Under the pieces are notes generated by a model. It did no database searches and had not been told where the DNA came from. It worked only from the letters and a program-made list of their open reading frames with translations. The translations under genes and the position numbers were made by a program. This document shows positions 10,030-17,013 of a stretch of 64,000 nt of DNA, in pieces (within the stretch, counting starts at the first letter, position 1; every line of letters begins with the position of its first letter). The stretch comes from Thermodesulfobacteriota bacterium (GTDB lineage: Bacteria; Desulfobacterota; Desulfarculia; JACQYL01). The DNA is taken from the NCBI GenBank assembly GCA_963675595.2, contig CAXXLZ010000001.1:192001-256000 (forward strand). Reading direction: 5' to 3'.

Positions 10030-10057
10030 AATTTACAGACCGGCTTCTTCTTGTCAA
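10030..10057 (-). promoter_or_regulatory. sigma70-like promoter for the feoAB operon
   Basis: Minus strand TTGACA-N16-TAAATT. Confidence 0.55.
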
Positions 10058-10085
10058 GATATTTCTGAATGACCCTGAACGTGAC

Positions 10086-10343
10086 TCAACGTTCTTCGCT
10101 GTCCTCCCCACTTTCCGCTTTCAGACGAGAGGCCGACACACGACGGAAGAGATTCCGAGCCGATCCGTCGCCGATCATCGTTCGTCCGATGCAGCTTTCC
10201 AGGCAAAGCCGCCTCAGACACTGTTTGGACCTTATATCGAGACAGCGGAAATCCGCCGCGCATACGCGACCTTCCAAAAGGAGCCGAACCACCGTTTCTT
10301 CGGCGATTTCAACGCGGACGCTCTTTCCGGACGCGGCGTGCAT
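10086..10343 (-). CDS. Small Cys-rich hypothetical protein (VCAADFRCLD...CLRRLCLESC)
   Basis: C-terminal 85 aa of track ORF 10086..10556, read from ATG 10343; fits without overlap after the 10370 gene; five clustered Cys. Confidence 0.65.
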   Translation of the reverse strand: MHAASGKSVRVEIAEETVVRLLLEGRVCAADFRCLDIRSKQCLRRLCLESCIGRTMIGDGSARNLFRRVSASRLKAESGEDSEER

Positions 10344-10369
10344 GAAGGACTCAACAGAGCGGATAGGGC

Positions 10370-10735
10370 TCAATTCCGCCGCTTTTTGTCCGAGCAAGGG
10401 CAATTCACACAATTCCCATTGCACCGGCACGGCTCTTTCGGGGGCACGATGACCTTGCTGCCTCTGAGTGCGATTTCGTACCCTTTTTCGCCTTTGAAGA
10501 AGAGCCGATCCGCCGGCAGTCTGTTTTTGTCCAGGTTCCGCCGAAAGGTGCTGCATCCGAAGGGGTCCATTTCTCGAAGGCTGTGGGTGTCTGTAAAGAC
10601 TCGCCCCGTCCCGTCATATTGTTCATGAAGCAGGTTGATCAACTCGCATGCCGAGGTTCCGTCGAAGTCTCCTCTTGTGCTTACGTGCAGGTTCCCGTTG
10701 CTCTTTTTAAATGCGACTCTGAAGTTGGCGCTCAT
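10370..10735 (-). CDS. STAS-like small protein with Cys-rich tail
   Basis: GNLHVSTRGDFDGTSACELINLL resembles an anti-anti-sigma STAS N-terminus; tail CRCNGNCVNCPC; GGAGGAAAAGG RBS. Confidence 0.7.
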   Translation of the reverse strand: MSANFRVAFKKSNGNLHVSTRGDFDGTSACELINLLHEQYDGTGRVFTDTHSLREMDPFGCSTFRRNLDKNRLPADRLFFKGEKGYEIALRGSKVIVPPKEPCRCNGNCVNCPCSDKKRRN

Positions 10736-10785
10736 CCTTTTCCTCCGAAACGTCTTTCCGTGATGGATCAGTGGAGACTATCGGC

Positions 10786-12024
10786 CTATGTATTCATATC
10801 CGAAATGGCCTTGGAAACAGCCGTAAGGCTCGAGTTGGCCAGCATATGAACCGGCTTTCGATGCTTCTTTCCAAGATTCTTCACTACGGAGCAGGCCGCG
10901 TGACTGTTACAGTTGATTGGACAGAGGACAATATCGGCTCGTTTCAGACGAACCTCCAGACTCTTGGAGCCGCTTCTCATGTAACCATCGTGATAGTCGA
11001 ACACGCCCCCGTTGTTTTCGATAATATCTCGATAACGGGATTCCATCTTGGTGATTCCTCCTACGATCAAGATTCGCTTCTTGCAGAGATCGAAAGAAGG
11101 GCAACTCTCATCACAACGTTTCATATTTGCAAGTTGCACCATCTTATCCCGATTCTCCCCCACCAGACGGAGGTTCGCTTGGCTCAGACGTTCAACTTCG
11201 GAGGCGAACGCCTCGTTCTTGCTCATGAGCGAATCGATCCGGAGTTGTTGCTTTCGGCAGGTTTCCTCCCACATGGCGACTTCTTCCCTAAGCCTCGCAT
11301 TCTCCCCCTCGATTCGCGAGAGTTCCCTTCGATCGGCTCTCCCGGCGATTTGTTCCTCCTGTCGAACCAGGTTCTTTTCAGCGGAACCCAGACTAGCGGC
11401 CAATTCTTTCCTATCCTTCTCCAGGTGCGCGTTTTCCTTCTGCAAAGCGCGTCTAAGCTTTGCCGCGTCTTTGAGCTCAGTTCTCATGTCTTCCAGGCGT
11501 CGGGCCCGCCTTTCCATTTCTCGGCGAAGTTTCATAACCTGGGTGCCGCTCCAATGCATGGTCATATGTATTTCTCCAAAGATTTCCTTCTTTGCTTCTT
11601 TGGACAACCTAGGGTGAATCGCAGCGGCATAGAGAATCCCCAAGTAATCTCCGGAGGCGAAAGCGGACTTCCATCGCAAAATGAAGTCCTCTTGAGAAAG
11701 TTGGAGCAGTGAGAACGCTTCTTTCCCGAAGTTGCGACTCAGGAAATTTTCCACCTTCCTCGAAAGTCGATTTTCGTCTTCCAAACTTGCGACAATCAGC
11801 TCATGGATTTCGAAAGGAGTCTTGTCTTTGAAAGAATAGCCCGCTCGTTTGAGAAACTGTTTTTGGTCCGCTAAAGGCAGGCACATGCCTACTACGGGGC
11901 ATTTGTAACAGTGTTCGATCTCCCACAGTTTCAGCGGTGTAATTCGGTTTGGTACACGATTTAGATAGGCAAGATCGCCCAATTGATCGTAGGCCTGAAC
12001 AGAAGTTTCATAATCGGTCGTCAT
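10786..12024 (-). CDS. DUF2325 domain protein with N-terminal Cys motif and long coiled coil
   Basis: KLWEI..CYKCPVVGMCL; central coiled coil; C-terminal ILIVGG...HDG...ADIVLCPINCNSHAAC..VK..GKK (DUF2325). Start is 12024 (RBS GAAAGGA) or 12048. Confidence 0.85.
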   Translation of the reverse strand: MTTDYETSVQAYDQLGDLAYLNRVPNRITPLKLWEIEHCYKCPVVGMCLPLADQKQFLKRAGYSFKDKTPFEIHELIVASLEDENRLSRKVENFLSRNFGKEAFSLLQLSQEDFILRWKSAFASGDYLGILYAAAIHPRLSKEAKKEIFGEIHMTMHWSGTQVMKLRREMERRARRLEDMRTELKDAAKLRRALQKENAHLEKDRKELAASLGSAEKNLVRQEEQIAGRADRRELSRIEGENARLREEVAMWEETCRKQQLRIDSLMSKNEAFASEVERLSQANLRLVGENRDKMVQLANMKRCDESCPSFDLCKKRILIVGGITKMESRYRDIIENNGGVFDYHDGYMRSGSKSLEVRLKRADIVLCPINCNSHAACSVVKNLGKKHRKPVHMLANSSLTAVSKAISDMNT

Positions 12025-12071
12025 TGATCCGTTCCTTTCCATGTACATAATTATTCAAATCGCCGTTTTAC

Positions 12072-12155
12072 AAAAAAAGGCGTATCTCGATCGTCGATCC
12101 ATCGAGTTACGCCTTCACTGCTTCCTCACTCATCAAGAGAGTGGGAGCCGTAAGA
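12072..12155 (-). ncRNA. Candidate cis-regulatory attenuator/riboswitch-like element, copy 2 (upstream of DUF2325 gene)
   Basis: TCTTACG-GCTCCCACTC(tcttgat)GAGTGAGGAAGC-AGTGAAGGCGTAACTCGAT...ATCGAGATACGCCTTTTTTT. Confidence 0.75.
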
Positions 12156-12170
12156 CATCCCGGGACTACA

Positions 12171-12464
12171 TCAATCTGCGTCGATCAGCGTTTGTGTAAG
12201 CTTCTTGCGCAATGCCTCAAGCGTCTTTGACTTGAAGGCCTTTCTGCTTTCCTCCAAGATTTCTATGGCTTCCTTAATTGCGATTTCCAGTTTGACTTCT
12301 CTGGACCGCTTGGGACAGAGACTCAAGAGCGCCAACAGGTCGTTTTCATCCACCCGATTCTCCAAAATGGAGGACATGAGGCGACAATGCATTTCCATGT
12401 TCTCCTGCAACTCTTGGAGATTGGAGTTGAGAGCGTCGAGAATGTCCGTTTTTTCCAAGCCCAT
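12171..12464 (-). CDS. Hypothetical helical protein (~97 aa)
   Basis: Co-oriented ORF in the iron island; helical sequence ending LEESRKAFKSKTLEALRKKL. Start 12464 preferred because 12497 overlaps the putative operator. Confidence 0.7.
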   Translation of the reverse strand: MGLEKTDILDALNSNLQELQENMEMHCRLMSSILENRVDENDLLALLSLCPKRSREVKLEIAIKEAIEILEESRKAFKSKTLEALRKKLTQTLIDAD

Positions 12465-12486
12465 AATTCTAGTCGGTCCTTTTGGT

Positions 12487-12502
12487 GTTTGAGTCATCTA
12501 AC
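12487..12502. promoter_or_regulatory. Putative DtxR/SirR-type operator
   Basis: GTTTG-AGTCAT-CTAAC, 9/10 match to the GTTAG-N6-CTAAC palindrome. Confidence 0.5.
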
Positions 12503-12840
12503 TTAAATCTCAAAAAAAATGAGGCTCTTCAAATTACTCAGGAGGCCGCCCAAACGTCGTTGCACCGGGGAAGACGACTCCGGGCGCCGGCGAAGGTCGT
12601 GAGTTCGCCGTGGGGTCTGCCTTCAGGCATCGGGCGTCACCTCGCTTCGCTCGCCGTGCATCGGCTTTTCGTCGATGAATCGCCGGGAAAGGATCCCCTT
12701 TGTTGGTTCGCATTTTCCGAATCCCCGAAACCCGCGCCGACTCATTCGAGCGGGGCTCGGCAACGAAATAGTGTGGGCGCCCGAAGTTCCCGTATGAAGG
12801 CGGGAAGCCCTCCTCCACCGAGGACCGATCCTGGCGATGG

Positions 12841-13386
12841 TCAGTCGGCCTTGATGGAATCCACCCGCTGCTTGAACTCACTTGAAAATTCCTCGGTACG
12901 TTCCATACACTTGTCGGCTCTGCGGCCGTGTCGGCGAAACTCTTCGAAATACTGGAGCCAGCTTTTCCCGGCCCGTGGACAGGTTCGGATGAACTCGACG
13001 AAATCCGTCAAACTGTCCAAAGTTTCCGGACTCAGAGTGTGCTCCATCTTACAGGCCTCGGCATCCGCCGTCTCGAAATCGATTTTCAATATCTCGGTGA
13101 GAAACTCACGAAGTATCTCATGCCTTCGCCGCATTTCCCTTCCCACATCGGCTCCGTCCCGTGTCAGTTCCACGTACTCGTATTTTTCATAATGGACCAA
13201 GCCTCGGTCGCTCAGGGTCTTGAGCATGCTGGTGACCGTGGGCATTTTGACATCCATCCGTTTGGCGATGTCCTTAACCCGAACGACTCTCTTTTCCTCA
13301 TCAAGTTCGAAAATCGCTTCCAGATAATCTTCCATGACGGAGGTCAACGGCTTTGCCGCCAGATGATTTGTCTCTTGTGCTACCAT
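12841..13386 (-). CDS. DtxR/MntR-family metal-dependent transcriptional repressor
   Basis: MEDYLEAIF...VRVKDIAKRMDVKMPTVTSMLKTL...RRHEILREFL...EACKMEH; no C-terminal FeoA domain. Confidence 0.95.
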   Translation of the reverse strand: MVAQETNHLAAKPLTSVMEDYLEAIFELDEEKRVVRVKDIAKRMDVKMPTVTSMLKTLSDRGLVHYEKYEYVELTRDGADVGREMRRRHEILREFLTEILKIDFETADAEACKMEHTLSPETLDSLTDFVEFIRTCPRAGKSWLQYFEEFRRHGRRADKCMERTEEFSSEFKQRVDSIKAD

Positions 13387-13401
13387 GATGCCGTCCTCAA
13401 T

Positions 13402-13461
13402 GTTAGTATTATAAAACTTACATTGAAGGTACTAATAAACGATTCGGCCCGCGGTTGTCAA
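13402..13461 (-). promoter_or_regulatory. dtxR promoter region with putative autoregulatory operator
   Basis: Minus-strand TTGACA at 13456-13461; GTTAG-TATTAT-AAAAC at 13402-13417, just upstream of the RBS. Confidence 0.45.
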
Positions 13462-13850
13462 CTTTTTTTACCGTATTTGTAAGCGCGTGAGCTGAAGCAA
13501 CGCGAAGCTCGGGGGAGACGCGGTTCGAACAGGCCGATTCATGCTCGGCCGTGAATGCCCGTCGGATGGGGCGGGAGCCGCAAAAACGGAAGAGTGGCGG
13601 GGTGGGAATATGGGGCAAGGGATCGGCTGTCTTGGTCCAATCCTCTTTCGGCGAACGGAGCTCTCCGCTATGATGAAACGGCTGGAGGGCCGGTTACCAG
13701 GCCGTTGAAAAACGTGATCCGCAGCGTTGCACTCGATCCCTCGTCCCTGCGACGTACTTTTGGGTACGCTTCGCTCTGGAATGCCCCCCGATAATTGGTC
13801 CATGTATAATGAGAGTCTGAATGCCCAAAGAACGGAAGGAGACTTTTTGC

Positions 13851-14132
13851 ATGGCCAAGAGAAAGAGACACAGCGCGGAGCAAATCATCCGGAAACTTGA
13901 AGACGCGGACCGTCGTCTGACGGCAGGGCAGACGATAGCGCAGGTTTGCCAATCGCTGGAGGTGAGCGAGGCGACGTACCACCGGTGGCGAAACCAGTAT
14001 GGGGGGATGAAGGCTGAGGAGGCCAAACGGCTAAAAGAACTGGAAAAGGAAAATGCACGCTTAAAAAAGCTGGTCGCCGATCTGATGTTGGACAAGGCAA
14101 TGCTGAAGGATCTTGCGGAGGGAAACTTCTAA
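13851..14132 (+). CDS. IS3 transposase OrfA
   Basis: MAKRKRHSAEQIIRKL...TYHRWRNQYGGM...RLKELEKENARLKKLVADL. Confidence 0.95.
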   Translation: MAKRKRHSAEQIIRKLEDADRRLTAGQTIAQVCQSLEVSEATYHRWRNQYGGMKAEEAKRLKELEKENARLKKLVADLMLDKAMLKDLAEGNF

Positions 14133-15031
14133 GCCCGGCGCGTCGTAGGAAAGCGGTTGATTATGTTCGAAGTGAACATGCCGCTTCAGAGCGTCGGGCC
14201 TGCCGCGTAGCCGGTCAACACCGATCCACCCAACGTTATGAGCCGAAGGAACGGGACGATGAGGTGGAACTGATCAAGGCTCTTCACCGGTTGGTTGGAG
14301 AACATCCCCGTTTTGGATGCCGTAGGATCACTCGGCTGCTGCGTGATGCGGGGTGGGCGGTAAACTACAAGCGAATTCATAGACTTTGGAAAGAGGAAGG
14401 ATTCAAGGTACCTCGAAAAGCCAAGAAGAAACGCTTCCTGGGAGTTGATGCCAATGCGTGCAACAAGCGTAAGGCGGCTTTTGCAAATGATGTCTGGACG
14501 TTGGATTTCATTCATGACCGCTTGGTCGACGGCCGTCAGTTCAAGTGCTTGGCCATTGTCGACGAGTTTACTCGGGAAAACCTGGCCCTGAGGATCAACC
14601 GCTCCATTACGGGTGAAGACGTTTTGAACGAGCTGAGCCGATTGATGGGCGAGCGGGGAGTTCCAACGGGCATTCGATCGGATAACGGTCCCGAATTTAT
14701 AGCCCAAAAGGTGAGAAATTGGCTGAAAGACCTGGGAGTGGGAACCTTTTTCGTCGAGCCGGGAGCCCCTTGGCAGAACGGGTACGTGGAAAGTTTCAAC
14801 AGCCGTTTTCGGGATGAATTCTTGAACATGGAAATTTTCAACAACATCAAGGAAGCGCAGACTCTGGCCGCCAAATGGCGGAAAGTCTATAACGAGGAAA
14901 GACCGCACAGTGCATTGAATTACATGACCCCGGCCCAGTTCGCGGCGAGCCCTTGGGGCCTCGACTCCGCCTCGCTCAGCTCGGCTTCGCCGTGGCCCCA
15001 AGGGCCGGGGATGGAAAACCGCGAGTCATGA
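14120..15031 (+). CDS. IS3 transposase OrfB (DDE integrase core), reached by -1 frameshift
   Basis: Slippery G GGA AAC at 14120-14126; the -1 frame reads LSPARRRKAV...SERRACR; WTLDF, IRSDNGPEF, PWQNGYVESFN. Confidence 0.93.
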   Translation, partial: GKLLSPARRRKAVDYVRSEHAASERRACRVAGQHRSTQRYEPKERDDEVELIKALHRLVGEHPRFGCRRITRLLRDAGWAVNYKRIHRLWKEEGFKVPRKAKKKRFLGVDANACNKRKAAFANDVWTLDFIHDRLVDGRQFKCLAIVDEFTRENLALRINRSITGEDVLNELSRLMGERGVPTGIRSDNGPEFIAQKVRNWLKDLGVGTFFVEPGAPWQNGYVESFNSRFRDEFLNMEIFNNIKEAQTLAAKWRKVYNEERPHSALNYMTPAQFAASPWGLDSASLSSASPWPQGPGMENRES

Positions 15032-15169
15032 TAAAACTCTCATAACTCCTGGACCAAAAACTGGGGGCTTGACAGCTCCTCGGGATTTGCGCGCCTTGCA
15101 TCTCATTGTTTTTCGCCGGCCTGCAATAATCCGACTCTTTCTATGGGCTGTTATGGTGGAGGTGTTCCA

Positions 15170-16261
15170 TTATTCGAAGGACCGTGACCAGCTCGGGTCT
15201 GGACCGAGAAGCTCGGCCAGGGCGTTGGAGCCGAGACTTACCAGTGCCCGGTATTCCCGCTCGTTTTCAAGTCTTTTCGTCTTCACCAACGATACGAAGT
15301 ATTCCGGTTCTTCAAGATGCCGCATAAAGAACCTGTTGTAGAGAACGTGCAGCCACGGCATGCCATGCCAGTTGATTTGCAGGTTCGGTTCGCCTGCGAA
15401 GTGTTTGAAATCGTCCTCCCTCCAGTCGAATCGCAGCACCGACGCCGAACCCGTTTTGGTTTCCTTGTTGTACCGGACGACGATGCCGCTCAGGCCGGTG
15501 TAGGTTTGCTCGGAGGTCCTCCAAGGACGGTACCACGGATATTGCATGGTAACGTAGTTTCCTTTGCCCGGTGTCACGTTGAGGGCGTTGATGATGAAAT
15601 CGTCCTGGCAGTACCCGGGCAAGCCCACATAGGTGTAGCTCTCTCCCTCACTCAACGGCAGGTGTTTTCGAATGTACTCCACCGTGAAGTGCCCGCTCGC
15701 CACTCCGACACAATAATGGTCGTGGAAGGCGGCCGCATGCAGTATCTCGTCCGGAGCGCCGTCCGCCCATGCGTTGAGCAGAGTAACGACGGCGAAAGCG
15801 CGTTCGCCGAAGACTTGTTTGAAGAGATCGAAGGATCGGTGTTTTTCCGTGTGGATGTTGATGGGCTCGCTTGCCTCGACATCGGCTCCGTTGATTCGTA
15901 TGTCGGTCGCCAGGAGCTCGTCCTTGGAACGTTTGTGAGCGAAAACAAACCACAACGGCGCGTCGACGCTGCTGTGGACCGAAATGAGATTCGACTTGCC
16001 GGTTGTCGTGCCGGCCGTGGACGCCAGGACGTCGAAAAGAGGCCTCGTGGACACTTCGCCCAGGCGTGTCCACCCGGCATTGGTCAGGCAGGCGACCTCC
16101 GACGTCGGGGCGTCCAGCCCCAATCGCACAAAGGCCGCTCGAACCGCTTCCTTCCCGATCCCTTGAAGATCGGGGACGCCCTCAGGTGAAGCGGCCGAGA
16201 CGGATATTGCGGTAAAGAGCAGAAGGACGGCCGTCAGGCCGATGAGGATTCGGTTTTTCAT
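15170..16261 (-). CDS. Secreted FmdE-family protein
   Basis: Signal peptide; LTNAG; AAFHDHYCVGVASG and YCQDD motifs of FmdE-like proteins. Confidence 0.8.
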   Translation of the reverse strand: MKNRILIGLTAVLLLFTAISVSAASPEGVPDLQGIGKEAVRAAFVRLGLDAPTSEVACLTNAGWTRLGEVSTRPLFDVLASTAGTTTGKSNLISVHSSVDAPLWFVFAHKRSKDELLATDIRINGADVEASEPINIHTEKHRSFDLFKQVFGERAFAVVTLLNAWADGAPDEILHAAAFHDHYCVGVASGHFTVEYIRKHLPLSEGESYTYVGLPGYCQDDFIINALNVTPGKGNYVTMQYPWYRPWRTSEQTYTGLSGIVVRYNKETKTGSASVLRFDWREDDFKHFAGEPNLQINWHGMPWLHVLYNRFFMRHLEEPEYFVSLVKTKRLENEREYRALVSLGSNALAELLGPDPSWSRSFE

Positions 16262-16351
16262 AGAATCTTTCCCTCATGATGAACTTGCTTTCGTGGTTCG
16301 ACCCATGATGCGCGTTCGGAACACGAAGTGGATTTCGGCTTCCCTCGCAAT

Positions 16352-16963
16352 TCATTCTTCCGAATACAGTTCCGCCAATGGATCGCGTCCATCGGGGAAC
16401 ATCGCACCGTACGGTTCGAAGCGGCCCGTGTCCCTGACGGTGACGAATCGCATGCCGTTCTTGTTGAGAAGCACCATGAGCGGGTCGGCCGTTGCGGGGT
16501 CCAGGCCTTGATTCGCATCCGTTCCGTGCTCGTCCATTTCAAAGTGTTTCACGCGTCCGATGAGAAGAACGTATTCCTTTTCCACATACTGTCGATGAAG
16601 GCTGCATTCGAGCCATGCGAGGCAGCCTTGTATACCCGGGGGACTCACCGTTTTCGAAGGTCTGGGAATAAGGCCCGCTTCCAAGAACTCATCGACGTCC
16701 GGCGGATAGTGACGTGCCGTAGTCATGACCGCTTCCGCCATGTTCACGGGGGGAACGTTCAAGACGAACTCGCCCGTCTCGCGAATGTTCTTCAACGTGT
16801 CCCGCTTATGCCAAGAGGCTGCGCAGACCAGATCGGTGGACCGCAGAAGCGGTGTGATGTTGGAATAAGGGGCGACGTTTCGAATCCCTTTTCGATCGAT
16901 CGTGCTGATGAGCCCGACAATTTGCGGGAAAGCGAATTCTCGTTTGATCGGTTTCAGTTGCAT
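16352..16963 (-). CDS. Flavin reductase-like (DIM6/NTAB) family protein
   Basis: NVAPYS...DTLKNIRETGEFVLNV...DEFLEAGL...WLEC. Confidence 0.9.
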   Translation of the reverse strand: MQLKPIKREFAFPQIVGLISTIDRKGIRNVAPYSNITPLLRSTDLVCAASWHKRDTLKNIRETGEFVLNVPPVNMAEAVMTTARHYPPDVDEFLEAGLIPRPSKTVSPPGIQGCLAWLECSLHRQYVEKEYVLLIGRVKHFEMDEHGTDANQGLDPATADPLMVLLNKNGMRFVTVRDTGRFEPYGAMFPDGRDPLAELYSEE

Positions 16964-17013
16964 GGTTGGCTCCCGGAGAAAGGGGTTTGTCCGATTCCGT
17001 GGTTTGTCCGGAA

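Larger units (their letters stand above)
13777..15074 (+). mobile_element. IS3-family insertion sequence (IS407-group-like), 1298 bp
   Basis: TG...CA ends; imperfect ~40 bp terminal inverted repeats (TGGAATGCCCCCCGATAATTGGTCCA / TGTCAAGCCCCCAGTTTTTGGTCCA); 4-bp target duplication GCTC at 13773-13776 and 15075-15078. Confidence 0.95.
13698..15150. repeat. MITE/REP-like element copy A, split by the IS3 insertion
   Basis: 13698-13776 (CAGGCCGTTGAAAAA...GTACGCTTCGCTC) joined to 15075-15150 (CTCGGGATTTGCGCGCCTTGCATCTCAT...GGGCTG) reconstitutes a homologue of copies B and C. Confidence 0.85.
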
